Below the pieces are notes generated by a model, which saw nothing but the letters and a program-made list of their open reading frames with translations, made no database searches and was not told the DNA's origin. A stretch of 64,000 bases of DNA. Origin: an uncultured delta proteobacterium (GTDB lineage Bacteria; Desulfobacterota; Syntrophorhabdia; Syntrophorhabdales; WCHB1-27). Location: NCBI GenBank assembly GCA_963810935.1, contig CAWEPK010000010.1, positions 192,001 to 256,000 on the forward strand, given 5' to 3'. Positions 47,439-57,946 of the stretch are shown here, piece after piece; the first letter of the stretch is position 1; each line of letters begins with the position of its first letter. The position numbers and the translations under genes are program-made.

Positions 47439-47942
47439 ATGTCGAATATCAGTAGCGTCGGTAATTCTGTAACAAGCTCGCTGCTCAGCAGCATACTTTC
47501 GGGCGGCTCGACAACCACCTCGGGCAGCGATTCGTCAAACACTGCCTCCGATATCGTCAGCCTCATGAGTGGTTCGTCGTCGGACTCCTCCAATACCTCT
47601 TCAATCTATAATATCCTCAGCGGCAGCCAGGGATCGGACTCGGCGGGTTCCATGTACAGTGTCCTGCTTTCCGCCGAAAGCGCCAGCATAATGCAGTCTG
47701 ATCCGAGCCTGGCCCAGGACATCCTCTCGGCAAGCCAGACATCGGCCGGCAGCAGCTCCTCTTCCGGCTCTGCGACTTCCACTACAACGGCCACCCAGGA
47801 GCTTCTCCAGGAATTGGAGAACACGAACCTGCTCACCATAAGCCCCGACACTCTTACGTCCTTGTTGGAGAACAAGATGGCCTCAGCATCGCAGGCATCG
47901 TCGAGCACGAGCACCGGTTCTCAGGTGAGCCAGACGGCTTAG
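47439..47942 (+). CDS. Ser/Thr-rich low-complexity hypothetical protein
   Basis: AAGGAGAGGAG RBS; N-terminus MSNISSVGNS; no Sec signal. Confidence 0.8.
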   Translation: MSNISSVGNSVTSSLLSSILSGGSTTTSGSDSSNTASDIVSLMSGSSSDSSNTSSIYNILSGSQGSDSAGSMYSVLLSAESASIMQSDPSLAQDILSASQTSAGSSSSSGSATSTTTATQELLQELENTNLLTISPDTLTSLLENKMASASQASSSTSTGSQVSQTA

Positions 47943-48460
47943 TAATCAGATCTCAGGAGGCTATAAAGCGCGTGATCGGCAAAACGGCTGTATAGCCATT
48001 CTGCCTCCCGGACGATTCCTTCGAGCTTGAACCCCAGGCGCTCAGGTATAGCACGGCTGCGGGTATTCTCGACCGCGCATTGTATCGCTATCCTGTTCAT
48101 TTTCCATACGTTGAAGGCGTGTGAGATGAAGGCACGGCAGGACTCGGTCATGATGCCTTTCCCCTGGTGCGCCTCATCCAGCCAATAGCTTAAGAAGACC
48201 GAGCGGTTCATCCAATCGGGGTTCACGTGGTAAATCATTCCGCAGAGTCGATCCTCGAACCAGATCCCGGCGCAAAACCCTTTCCTGGTCGCAAAATTCA
48301 GGAGCCATGCCGTGATGAACTTCTCCGCGTCGGCAGCCGACCGCATAGTGTCGGGAAGCCATGGGTGCCACCTGCGCCAGTGTTCCCGGTTCGCATTGAC
48401 GAGATCGAGGAACTCCGTTACGTGGTGTAGCTCGATAAGGCGCAGGCTCAGTCTCTTCAT
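47939..48460 (-). CDS. RimJ/RimL-type GNAT N-acetyltransferase
   Basis: NREH...W.PW, YWLDEAHQGKGIMT, EN.RSRAIPERLGFKLEG. Confidence 0.9.
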   Translation of the reverse strand: MKRLSLRLIELHHVTEFLDLVNANREHWRRWHPWLPDTMRSAADAEKFITAWLLNFATRKGFCAGIWFEDRLCGMIYHVNPDWMNRSVFLSYWLDEAHQGKGIMTESCRAFISHAFNVWKMNRIAIQCAVENTRSRAIPERLGFKLEGIVREAEWLYSRFADHALYSLLRSDY

Positions 48461-48523
48461 TGATTTTGCGGCAAAACATTTGTCACTCCAAGCAGAATAA
48501 CTATGTCAGAAAAATCTCGCGCT

Positions 48524-49063
48524 TCACGTCACAATACCCTCATACCGTCTCATCTGGTAGTTCAACAGCTCTTCGAGTCTCGGGAAGACTACATGCCCTG
48601 ACCGGCACATACGCTCCACTTCATAAAAACTATTCTCAGGATGGTGTTGGCGCCTTCCCATGACGCGCACATACTCTGCCAGCGCCGCCATACCTTCCTC
48701 TTTCTTGTCTTCCCTGAAAGCGATGAGGCTCTGGTATGCCTTTATAATGACGAACGCGTGCGTGAAGCTGCGGCTTTTTCCCAGGCCCCCTGCCCGGCCC
48801 AGGTAGCAGGAGGCTCGCTCGTAGTCTCCCATCCGGTAGGCCACCTGCCCTGCCATCGCTAATGGCATGGCCTCGGTAGGCTCAGCCTGACTTGCCTTCA
48901 TAAACTGTTTCAAGGCGGCCTGGTCATCACCTTCCCGGAGGCATCGCGAGCCCTCGAACAGCCCCGTTCTGTAATTCATGTAGCCCGTGCAGCCGGCGAA
49001 CAGGAAGGCTAGCGATACGATCACCAATAGGCATCGAACCGATGCGGTCTTCGTTCGGTCCAT
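48524..49063 (-). CDS. TPR-like lipoprotein
   Basis: Lipobox FAGC; helical A...F..A....P / AG..AY..G.Y..A pattern; AAGGAG RBS. Confidence 0.7.
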   Translation of the reverse strand: MDRTKTASVRCLLVIVSLAFLFAGCTGYMNYRTGLFEGSRCLREGDDQAALKQFMKASQAEPTEAMPLAMAGQVAYRMGDYERASCYLGRAGGLGKSRSFTHAFVIIKAYQSLIAFREDKKEEGMAALAEYVRVMGRRQHHPENSFYEVERMCRSGHVVFPRLEELLNYQMRRYEGIVT

Positions 49064-49510
49064 CAATGGCTCCTTTAACGATCTGAAGTGTCATTAAAAA
49101 CGTGCCTCCATCTCGCATCGGTACGGATGTCCCGGCCAAAGGCGCGGGGTTTATCAGTGTCCGGCAACACCGACCCCTCCATTGCCGGCACCGCAGCGCC
49201 CGTTGCATGGGTTCCTCGCGTGACGAAGAGTTCTTTCTCTATTGGATAAGTCGCCTGTATTTACCGGGAGGTTACAAAAACTGGAAAAACGGTGTGAGTC
49301 CTCGCTGGGTCCTTCCCCACAACAGCATAAGTAGCCCCTGCTTAAGGATTCAGCCGAGCGATTTGAGACACCAACCTGCCACATACGCGAGCCGGAACGC
49401 TGCACTTGCAGGTATACTCCCAATGCAACAGTATCGGTGAATGAAAGTCGTTTGGAACATCCATTGAGGTCTCTGAGTCGTCTACTTAGTTATGGCCCGT
49501 CCCATCGTTC

Positions 49511-50812
49511 CTATTTCATGAGCACCGACGGCAGGTAGAGCGCCAGTTGGGGAAAGACAAACAAGAGCGCCACAACTATAACGAGAGCGATGAGGAACGG
49601 GTAGACGCCGTTGTAAATCGTATTCATCGGCACACCGGTAATGTTCTTTACCACAAAAACGCATATGGCGACGGGCGGTATGACGGAGCCTATGCAGATT
49701 GTCAGGGATATCATGATATTGGCCCAGATGGGGTCGTATCCCAGCTTCGTGATGATAGGGAAAAAGATGGGCGTTGCCATTATCATAAAAGCCAAATCGT
49801 CAATAAAGGAGCCGCCCATGAGATAGACGATAAAGATGATGACCACGATGAAGTGCCGGCTCACTTTCAGGTTAAGTACCCAGTCGCCTATGCTGTTTGG
49901 TATGCCCGTGACCGCGATAAAATGGCTCAGGACGGTCGATAGGGCAATGATGAGGAGGACCATGCACGACGTGCGAAGCGCCTCCCGTATGGATTCCTTC
50001 ACGCCGGCAAAGCCTATGTCTCTTTTGACGAGGCAGAGGACGAGCACGGCGAGGGCGCCGATGCTGCCGGCCTCGGTCGGCGTGAAAAACCCTTGCAGCA
50101 GGCCGCCTATGATGATGATAAAGATTACTACCGGCCAGATGACCGCAGGGACCGTCCTGAAGCGCTCGCCCCATGCGGCCCTTTCGCTGCTCGGCCCAAT
50201 AGAAGGGTTGATCTTGCACCACCCTAAGATAATGACTGCGAAAAGGACTGCGAGGATCAGGCCCGGAATCATACCGGCCATGAAAAGCCTGCCTATGGAC
50301 TGCTCGGTTATAAGACCCAGGATAATAAGCGTCACACTGGGCGGGATAAGAAAACCGAGCGTGCCGACAATGGCCACTATCCCCGTCGATAGCTTCTTAT
50401 CGTAGCGGAACCTGTCCATCTCCGGAATAGCCACGCTCGAAAAAGTCGCCACGGTCGCGATGTTGGAGCCGCATATCGCCTTGAAGACCGTAGCTCCGGC
50501 CACCGTGGCGAGGGCCAGGCCGCCGGGGATATGACCCAGGAACTTGTTGGCGCTGTCGTACAGTTTTCTCGCGATGCCCGCGTGGAATGCGATCTGACCC
50601 ATGAGGACGAAGAGGGGGATAACAGTCAACCCGTACGATTCCAGGGAATCATAGAAGTCGTTGGCCAGGAGGCTCAGCGCCGCGTCGGGGGAGATCAGAT
50701 ATGCGTAGCCCGCAACGCCTACTATAGCCATGGCGAACGCTAGCTCGATGCCTGTAAGGAATAAAGCCAGAAGCACAAATATCGAGACGATCCCTACGGT
50801 GACTTCATTCAT
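49511..50812 (-). CDS. dctM: TRAP transporter large permease
   Basis: IPLFVLMG, PGGL, CGS, GTLG.LIPPS, FTPTEAG, PPV. Confidence 0.92.
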   Translation of the reverse strand: MNEVTVGIVSIFVLLALFLTGIELAFAMAIVGVAGYAYLISPDAALSLLANDFYDSLESYGLTVIPLFVLMGQIAFHAGIARKLYDSANKFLGHIPGGLALATVAGATVFKAICGSNIATVATFSSVAIPEMDRFRYDKKLSTGIVAIVGTLGFLIPPSVTLIILGLITEQSIGRLFMAGMIPGLILAVLFAVIILGWCKINPSIGPSSERAAWGERFRTVPAVIWPVVIFIIIIGGLLQGFFTPTEAGSIGALAVLVLCLVKRDIGFAGVKESIREALRTSCMVLLIIALSTVLSHFIAVTGIPNSIGDWVLNLKVSRHFIVVIIFIVYLMGGSFIDDLAFMIMATPIFFPIITKLGYDPIWANIMISLTICIGSVIPPVAICVFVVKNITGVPMNTIYNGVYPFLIALVIVVALLFVFPQLALYLPSVLMK

Positions 50813-51295
50813 GGTCGGCACCTCTGTAAAATCTCGACACGATCTGGCTGAGCAGCACAAAGCACTCGATGAAGCAGCAGAGGGATAACCCATAGGCGAC
50901 TGGATAGAAGGGGAACTTCAGGGTACTCGTCACGAACCCGTCCCTGTAAAGCACGTTAGCCTTTTGGAAGAGGTACCACGCGATGAGGACAAAAAGGATA
51001 ATGCCCAGCGTCTTCGTAAAGACAAAAAGCACATTCTGCACGGGCCTCGATCGTCCCTCGAACAAAAAGTCGACGGCCACATTGGCATTGTCCCTGGTGG
51101 CTTGAGGCATTGCAAAGGCTATGACAATAGCGCCTGCGAGGGCTATCAGACTCGTACGTGCCCGTGATGGGCCTCCGGAAAAGTCTCATTATGCACGTCC
51201 GCCGCGGTAAGGAGCATCATAAGGATGAGGATGCCGCCGCCGATCACATTCATCCAGGCGCTGACCCTGCCGAGCGCCGCCAAAAGCCCCTTCAT
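50805..51295 (-). CDS. dctQ: TRAP transporter small permease; two apparent +1 frameshifts (~51193, ~51150)
   Basis: ATG 51295 with GGAGG; corrected read MKGLL...DVIMRLFRRPITGTYELIALAG...NVAVDFL, four TM helices. Confidence 0.8.
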
Positions 51296-51358
51296 AAGAA
51301 CCTCCCGGCCCGCGTCGAGAGTGATCCCTCTGTCCGGTCGGGCCTCAATTTCATCCTG

Positions 51359-52060
51359 TCAAGACTGCCGTTCCGGCCCTCCTCCGAGAACAAAGAGCCT
51401 CTGCGTGCCCGACAGCCTCTTCTGCGCCCCGATGAAATGGGCACGGAGAAGGGCCCTCAGTTTTCGGAGGTCCTTCTCCTCGATTGCCGCCAATATTTTA
51501 GTATGCTGCGCGAGGGACTGCCTGGCCCCGCGCGGGGCGCTCAGGGCGATGGAGCGAAGCCACATGAACTTGTCGACAAGAGTGCGGATGGTCTCCAGGA
51601 GGACCTCCGACTTTGCGGCCTTGTACAGGATCTCGTGGAATGCCGATTCGCACCTGATTATGGCATGGATGTCCTCGGCATCGACGTATTTCCTCGCCTC
51701 TCTTATGTTCTCCCGCAGGGTTGCCAGCTCTTCCTCCGTGATCCTCTCGATAACGAGGGACATAACGAATTCCTCTATGACGCTGCGGACGGCAAAGTAT
51801 TCGTCCACTTCGCCCGCCGTGAACTTCCTCACCACATAACCAGTGCTCTCATTGCATTCGACGAGCTTCTCGTTTTCCAGCATTAGTAGCGCTTCCCTCA
51901 CGGGTGTGCGACTTGCGCCCAGGCTATCGGCTATCTCATTCTCCATGATTTTTTCGCCCGGCTTGAGGTCGAGGTACAGGATCTTGTCCTTGATCGCCTT
52001 GTAGGCGGTAAAGCGCAGCGGGTTTTCTCGTGCTCGTCGGGCCATATTACGCTTCGTCAT
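51359..52060 (-). CDS. GntR family (FadR/FCD) transcriptional regulator
   Basis: LKPGEKI.E..IA..LG.SRTPVREAL..L HTH; FH, H..I..AI. Confidence 0.92.
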   Translation of the reverse strand: MTKRNMARRARENPLRFTAYKAIKDKILYLDLKPGEKIMENEIADSLGASRTPVREALLMLENEKLVECNESTGYVVRKFTAGEVDEYFAVRSVIEEFVMSLVIERITEEELATLRENIREARKYVDAEDIHAIIRCESAFHEILYKAAKSEVLLETIRTLVDKFMWLRSIALSAPRGARQSLAQHTKILAAIEEKDLRKLRALLRAHFIGAQKRLSGTQRLFVLGGGPERQS

Positions 52061-52100
52061 CCCCTTCTTGCCCCGGCCTCGCGGGCGGGGCGTCCCCTGC

Positions 52101-53126
52101 TTACTTGTTATAAGTCTTCATCCTCTCGCGGTAGAACTTCACGACCGCCTCTCCGGGCAGGCCCTTTGCTTTCATCTTTTTGACATAGTCATCGATCATC
52201 GGCTGGGCCTTCGCGGCCCATCTCGCGTCCTCTTCCGGCGACAGCTTCACGATCTTGATTCCCCTCTTCAGCGCAAAATCTTTGCCTTCCTTGTCTATGT
52301 CGTCCCACATCCTTCCCTGTTTCTCGATCCATTCCGAATCGATGGCGTCAATCGTCCTCTGGATGTCGGGAGGCAAGCTGTTCCACTTGGCCTTGTTCAT
52401 CCCCACCATCTGGACCCCGCTGTAGGACGACCCCCAGTTCTCGATGGAGTATTTCAGGACTTCGCCCAACTTGAAGCCGTGGAGCGCCTCGTAAGGAGCG
52501 TAAAGACCGTCCACTACCCCCCTGGATATAGCGTCGTAGGAATCGCCCATGGGCATCGCAACGGGCGCTGCGCCCAGGTTGGAGATAAATGCCGTGACCG
52601 GTCCGAAGGTCCTGATCTTGAGGCCCTTCATGTCTTCCAGCCTGGCCACCGGCTTGGTGGTATGTACTACGCCCGGCCCGTTTGCCTGCAGATAGAGCAC
52701 CTTGACTTCGTCGAACTCGGCCGGCTTGAATTTCGCGTAGTATTCGTTAGCCAGCTTTGTCGCCGCATAGCCGCTTTTGATCCCGAGCGGATATGCCAGC
52801 ACGTCCGATATGGGAAATTTTCCCATCGTGTAGCCGAGCACACAGAGCCCTATGTCGGTCACGTCCTTGACAATGCTCTCATAAGTCGTTGGGGGCGTCG
52901 TGAGGGTGCCGCCGGGAAAGTGCTGCACCTTTACCCTGCCGTTCGTCCTCTTCTCCACCTCCTTGCACCATTGCTCGGAGAGCACCGCATGTTTGTGATT
53001 CACGGGGAACATAGTCGAATAGCGCAAGATTATCGGCTTGACCTGCGCGGACGCGTGCGCCGCAAAAAAGCAGACACTCAGTAAAACCACGATCATTGAC
53101 AGGCAGAGCATCTTGTGAACTTTCAT
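52101..53126 (-). CDS. dctP: TRAP transporter solute-binding protein
   Basis: Signal peptide; EKRTNGRVKV..FPGGTL, DMKGLKIR, LGA.PV, MN...WN.LP. Confidence 0.92.
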   Translation of the reverse strand: MKVHKMLCLSMIVVLLSVCFFAAHASAQVKPIILRYSTMFPVNHKHAVLSEQWCKEVEKRTNGRVKVQHFPGGTLTTPPTTYESIVKDVTDIGLCVLGYTMGKFPISDVLAYPLGIKSGYAATKLANEYYAKFKPAEFDEVKVLYLQANGPGVVHTTKPVARLEDMKGLKIRTFGPVTAFISNLGAAPVAMPMGDSYDAISRGVVDGLYAPYEALHGFKLGEVLKYSIENWGSSYSGVQMVGMNKAKWNSLPPDIQRTIDAIDSEWIEKQGRMWDDIDKEGKDFALKRGIKIVKLSPEEDARWAAKAQPMIDDYVKKMKAKGLPGEAVVKFYRERMKTYNK

Positions 53127-53356
53127 GGGCAAGCTCCTTATCTTATAGTCTACCGGCCCTCGGCCGATCGTGTATCTAATATACTTTGCAATATACTGCT
53201 TGGTATACATTATTGCGGAGTACCATGTCAAGCCTTTTTAGAAGCGTTAAAGTATATGCTCTATAAGTAATTATAATTACAGGTAATTATGCAACACAGA
53301 TTACGGCGACGTCGGTTTATGCTTTACAGGGCCACCCAAAATGTCTTTTTTTCTTC

Positions 53357-53384
53357 TTGACTCATTGTCCATTATGGATATAAA
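53357..53384 (+). promoter_or_regulatory. putative sigma70 promoter overlapped by an inverted repeat
   Basis: TTGACT-16nt-TATAAA with TCCAT-T-ATGGA in the spacer. Confidence 0.4.
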
Positions 53385-53448
53385 TATACGAAGTTTTGTG
53401 ATTTGTTCACTATCGGCCGCAACGGCGAGTTGCAGGCAGGAGGTTATA

Positions 53449-54189
53449 ATGGGTCTCGGTTCGGAAGATTTGGCTATCCTTGAAAAATTGAAGCTCGATA
53501 TACGGCCGGTGGGTGTAAAGTACCTTGTCCGCCCCCCTGATTCGGCCGGCAGGCTCGATCAAAGGATCGCTCTTTGTGAGATGCTGAAAAGGGCACAGGA
53601 AGGCGACTGTTTTTATGCAGATGTCGAGAACCATACCTGTGAAGCCGGACCGTACATATTGGGACAAAGGGAAATCGAGCCGCAGTTTGTCAGCGGCCAG
53701 TATGGAGCGGGGCTGGGCGCGTTCAAGGACCCCCGAGCCGCCGCCAGACTGTACCATTATATCCCCAGGATCGCGAAGGGCGTAACGGACTACGTGATTT
53801 TTGCGCCTCTGGACAAACTCTCTTTCGATCCGGACGTCGTAATTTTTCTCTGCAACGTCAGCCAGACGTGGCTCCTGTTGAGGGCCATGAGCTACGAGAG
53901 CGGGGAGGCCTGGACGAGCCGATACTCAGCAGCAGTGGGATGCGCGTGGCTCTTCGTGCATCCTTATTTGAGCGGAGAGGTCAACTTTATCTCTTCCGGC
54001 CTTGGCTTCGGCATGAAGCGGAGGGGGCTCTTCCCCGAGGATCGTCAGTTCGTGTCAATCCCCTTTGACCGGTTGCCCTCAATGCTTAGGGTCTTACGGG
54101 AGATGCCATGGGTCCCCGAGCCTTTCCAGCCAAACGGGCTGGAGTTTGCCAAAGCGTTGAGGGCCAGGCTGGGCCTCGATCAATCATAG
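53449..54189 (+). CDS. DUF169 domain protein
   Basis: PVGVK, CEM...A..G, C..G...LG, PDVVIF, C, GFG...R; AGGAGG RBS. Confidence 0.8.
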   Translation: MGLGSEDLAILEKLKLDIRPVGVKYLVRPPDSAGRLDQRIALCEMLKRAQEGDCFYADVENHTCEAGPYILGQREIEPQFVSGQYGAGLGAFKDPRAAARLYHYIPRIAKGVTDYVIFAPLDKLSFDPDVVIFLCNVSQTWLLLRAMSYESGEAWTSRYSAAVGCAWLFVHPYLSGEVNFISSGLGFGMKRRGLFPEDRQFVSIPFDRLPSMLRVLREMPWVPEPFQPNGLEFAKALRARLGLDQS

Positions 54190-54316
54190 ATGCACGCATA
54201 GAAACTATTACGCACTGTCGAAAATAGCTACCACCCACTGAGTGGTAACAGCTTCTTCTACGGCATCCGATGTTCGGCGTTTAGTAAACGGTTAGAAAAC
54301 CCTGCTTACAGGCAAT

Positions 54317-54345
54317 AAAAAAGGTTCCCAATTTCTCGGAAACCC
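54317..54345 (-). terminator. rho-independent terminator downstream of the tRNA
   Basis: Minus strand GGTTTCCGA-GAAA-TTGGGAACC followed by TTTTTT. Confidence 0.7.
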
Positions 54346-54360
54346 TCTGTATTACTGAAA

Positions 54361-54434
<74 letters not shown>

Positions 54435-54466
54435 GCCTAAAACATAACCTCTATCGACCATTAAAG

Positions 54467-55342
54467 TCAACTCAATCTTTGGAACTGCGCGACCGTATCG
54501 CCCAGTTCTGCAAGGCTTCGCGCGACTATGACCCCCGCTTCCGTAAGGGCCTTTACCTTCGCCTGTGCGCCCCCCTGCCCCCTCGATATGATCGCCCCGG
54601 CGTGGCCCATGCGCCTGTCGGGAGGGGCCGTGAGGCCGGCAATGAGCGCTACCATGGGCTTGGTCATCTTCGACCGGAAGAACTCGGCCGCCTCCTCTTC
54701 CTGGCTGCCGCCGATCTCCCCTATCAGGACAACGGCCTCGGTTTCGCCGTCTTCTTCGAAAAGGCCGAGGACTTCGACGAACGAGAGGCCCACTACCGGG
54801 TCGCCCCCTATGCCTATGCACGTCGATTGCCCGATGCCGAGCGGCGTAAGCTGGTGGACCGCCTCATAGGTGAGCGTGCCGCTGCGGGAGACGATCCCCA
54901 CCGGCCCTTTCCTGTGGATATAGCCCGCCATAACACCTATCTTGCACTCACCCGGCGAGATGACGCCGGGCGTATTCGGTCCTATGAGGCGCACGCCTTT
55001 TTCGTCGAGGTAGCGGACTGCCCTAATCGTGTCAAGGACAGGGATGCCCTCCGCGAGGCAGACGACCAGACGGACGCCTGCATCAGCCGCCTCCATGACA
55101 GCATCTGCCGCGAAAGCAGCGCGCACGAAGACTGCCGAGGCGTTCGCGCCGGTTGCGGCCACAGCTTCACGGACAGTGTTGAATACGGGGATGCCAAGGT
55201 GCACCAAGCCGCCCTTGCCCGGCGTCACGCCCGCGACTACTTTAGTGCCGTATTCCCGCATCTGCGCCGTGTGGAAAGCGCCTTCTGCGCCCGTTATGCC
55301 CTGCACCACCACGCGGGTCTCTTTGCCGACGAGTATGCTCAA
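54467..55342 (-). CDS. sucD: succinyl-CoA synthetase alpha subunit
   Basis: [46 protein letters not shown]. Confidence 0.95.
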   Translation of the reverse strand: MSILVGKETRVVVQGITGAEGAFHTAQMREYGTKVVAGVTPGKGGLVHLGIPVFNTVREAVAATGANASAVFVRAAFAADAVMEAADAGVRLVVCLAEGIPVLDTIRAVRYLDEKGVRLIGPNTPGVISPGECKIGVMAGYIHRKGPVGIVSRSGTLTYEAVHQLTPLGIGQSTCIGIGGDPVVGLSFVEVLGLFEEDGETEAVVLIGEIGGSQEEEAAEFFRSKMTKPMVALIAGLTAPPDRRMGHAGAIISRGQGGAQAKVKALTEAGVIVARSLAELGDTVAQFQRLS

Positions 55343-56517
55343 CCGGAAGCCCCCTTTCCCATCATCTCAACCCGTATGCTTCCGACGGCCTCCTTTAGGC
55401 TCGCGGCCGGAATGAAGCGTATGCCGGAAGCGGCGAGTATTTTCTGTCCCTGCTCTTTGTTCGTCCCCTCCAATCTTACGACTACCGGGACCCGGATGGG
55501 GAATTCCTTCGCCCCGGCCGCGATGCCTTCAGCAAGGGTGTCACACCGCAGGATACCCCCGAATATGTTGACGAACAGCAGCTTGACGTCCGGGTCGGAA
55601 AGGAGGATCCGCAGGCCCTCCTTCACCATTGCGGAGGTCGCTCCACCCCCCACGTCGAGAAAATTGGCCGGCTCGGCGCCCGCGAGCTTGATCAGGTCCA
55701 TCGTCGCCATGGCGAGCCCGGCGCCGTTGACCATGCATCCCACGTTGCCTTTCAGCTTTATGTAGTTCAGACCCGCTTTGCGGCCCTGCGCCTCCAGGCT
55801 GTTCTCGTCATCAACGGCGGCAAGGGCGGCAAGGGCGGGCTGGCGGAAAAGGGCGTTGTCGTCGATTACGACCTTGGCGTCGAGGGCCGATATACGGCCG
55901 GCCTCCGTCACCGCCAGCGGGTTGATCTCAACGATCGAGCAGTCGCACTCCTTGAAAAGCTTATAGAGCGCCAGGGCGCAAGATGCCAAAGCGCCCACGA
56001 GCTTAAGCGGGATGTCCAGCGAGAAAAAGGAGGCCGATGCCTGAAAAGGAAGCAGGCCGAAAGCCGGGTCGATATATTCGACCTTGACCAATTCGTGCGA
56101 TTCCGCAGCCAGCTCCTCTATCTCCACGCCACCGCTCGCGCTCACGATGAGGGCTGGGCACTTTTTCGCCCTGTCGATCGTAAGGCCGACATAAAGCTCC
56201 ATGGCTGCATCCACGGCCTCTTCGATGAGCAGGCAATCGACGGGTTGCCCCTCCGGCCCCGTTTGCGCAGTCACGAGCCTGGCGCCGAGAAGGGCCGATG
56301 CAGCGGCCTCTACCTCTTCGATGCTGTGAGCAATACGTATGCCTCCGGCCTTGCCCCGCCCGCCCGCGTAGGTCTGCGCCTTCACGGCAACCGGGAATGC
56401 GGCGAGCACCTTTGCGGCTGCGGCGGCGTCCTCCACGCTTTTCGCCGTAAACCCCGTCGGAACGGATATGCCGTATCTTCTTAAAAGCTCCTTCGCCTGG
56501 TATTCGTGGATTTTCAC
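55339..56517 (-). CDS. sucC: succinyl-CoA synthetase beta subunit
   Basis: GTG start then [51 protein letters not shown]. Confidence 0.95.
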   Translation of the reverse strand: MKIHEYQAKELLRRYGISVPTGFTAKSVEDAAAAAKVLAAFPVAVKAQTYAGGRGKAGGIRIAHSIEEVEAAASALLGARLVTAQTGPEGQPVDCLLIEEAVDAAMELYVGLTIDRAKKCPALIVSASGGVEIEELAAESHELVKVEYIDPAFGLLPFQASASFFSLDIPLKLVGALASCALALYKLFKECDCSIVEINPLAVTEAGRISALDAKVVIDDNALFRQPALAALAAVDDENSLEAQGRKAGLNYIKLKGNVGCMVNGAGLAMATMDLIKLAGAEPANFLDVGGGATSAMVKEGLRILLSDPDVKLLFVNIFGGILRCDTLAEGIAAGAKEFPIRVPVVVRLEGTNKEQGQKILAASGIRFIPAASLKEAVGSIRVEMMGKGASG

Positions 56518-56673
56518 GGTTCTCCCGCCCCTTTCTTTGCCGCGCAACTCGGATTGCGGCACACTGTTATATTCACTTAATATCACCTGCCGGGGCCCGG
56601 ATCAATAGAAATCTCCCGGCGGCCGCCAGTTGCGAAGGGGGGCGGCCATGTGATAGACTTCGTTACCAATTAA

Positions 56674-56769
56674 TACCCTGCTGCAAGCAGGGTAATTAAA
56701 GCAAGCGTAGCGCCGCGCCGAGGGGGGGAGGCTCCATGAGCTTTGCTCATGGAGGGGGCGCTGAGCCCC
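56674..56769. repeat. cluster of three GC-rich hairpins (REP-like element)
   Basis: TACCCTGCT-GCA-AGCAGGGTA; CTCCATGAGC-TTT-GCTCATGGAG; GGGGC-GCTGA-GCCCC. Confidence 0.55.
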
Positions 56770-56799
56770 AATAGTTGAACCATATAGAAAGGCATGCTA

Positions 56800-57936
56800 A
56801 TGAACATCCCTATGATCAACCTGAAAGAGCAGTACAAGAAGATTCGCAAAGGCCTCCTGCCGAAGCTCCACGAGATACTCGAAGAGCAGAGGCTCATAAT
56901 GGGGAGGTACTGCGGAGAGCTGGAAAAGACCATCGCCGACTTCTCGGGCCTGCCCCATGCCGCCGTATGCGCGAACGGCACTGACGCCCTCATCCTGTCC
57001 CTCATGGCGCTTGGCATAAAAGATGGCGACGAGGTCGTCACGACGCCTTACACGTTTTTTGCGACGGCCAGCTCGATCTGCCTTACCGGCGGCCGGCCCG
57101 TTTTCGTCGATATAAAGCCTTCGGACATGAACATCGACCCCGACCTCATCGAACGGGCGATCACAAAGAAAACGCGCGCTATAGCGGTAGTCCATCTTTT
57201 CGGCAAGTTGTGCGACATGGACAGGGTGCTCGCAATCGCCAAAAAGCACAAAGTAGCCGTAATCGAGGACATGGCGCAGTCGCTGGGGGCCAGGCGCGGC
57301 GGCGTCGCATCGGGCGCATTCGGCGACATTGCGGCCATAAGCTTTTATCCGACGAAAAACCTGGGCGGCATCGGCGAGGGCGGCATGGTCCTGAGCAAGC
57401 GGGCCGATGTCTTCGAGCGGGCAAAAAACCTCAGGGTGCACGGCATGGCCGAGCACACTTACTACCATGATATGATAGGCATCAACAGCAGGCTCGATGA
57501 GATTAAGGCGTGCGCCCTGCTCGAAAAATTCCCCCACCTGGAAGAATGGAACCGAAAGCGCATCGAGAACGCCATGTTCTATAATAAATCGCTTCGCGAC
57601 CTGCCCGTAATGCTCCCCGAGAACGATGGCAAGGGCGACCATATCTTCCACCAGTATGTTATGAGGGTGGAGCGAAGAGACGAGATGAAAGATTTTCTTC
57701 TGAAGAAGGGCATACAGACAGGCATCTACTACCCGCTGCCCCTCCACCTCCAGCCGTGTTTTAAGTACCTGGGCTACAAGAAGGGGAACCTCAAGGAGGC
57801 AGAGGCGGCCGCGCTGACGAGCCTTGCCCTGCCCGTCTTTCCCGAGCTTAAAAAAACCGAGAAAGAGCATATAATGGCTTCCATCAGAGAATTTTACGAA
57901 AAAAGCTCCGGTTCGAAAGGAGCGAAGGCGCGATAG
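56800..57936 (+). CDS. DegT/DnrJ/EryC1/StrS family aminotransferase (start 56794 or 56800)
   Basis: NGTDAL, VHLFG, IEDMAQ, SFYPTKNLGGIGEGG, NSRLDE, YYP.PLHLQP. Confidence 0.92.
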   Translation: MNIPMINLKEQYKKIRKGLLPKLHEILEEQRLIMGRYCGELEKTIADFSGLPHAAVCANGTDALILSLMALGIKDGDEVVTTPYTFFATASSICLTGGRPVFVDIKPSDMNIDPDLIERAITKKTRAIAVVHLFGKLCDMDRVLAIAKKHKVAVIEDMAQSLGARRGGVASGAFGDIAAISFYPTKNLGGIGEGGMVLSKRADVFERAKNLRVHGMAEHTYYHDMIGINSRLDEIKACALLEKFPHLEEWNRKRIENAMFYNKSLRDLPVMLPENDGKGDHIFHQYVMRVERRDEMKDFLLKKGIQTGIYYPLPLHLQPCFKYLGYKKGNLKEAEAAALTSLALPVFPELKKTEKEHIMASIREFYEKSSGSKGAKAR

Positions 57937-57946
57937 GGCGAACGAT

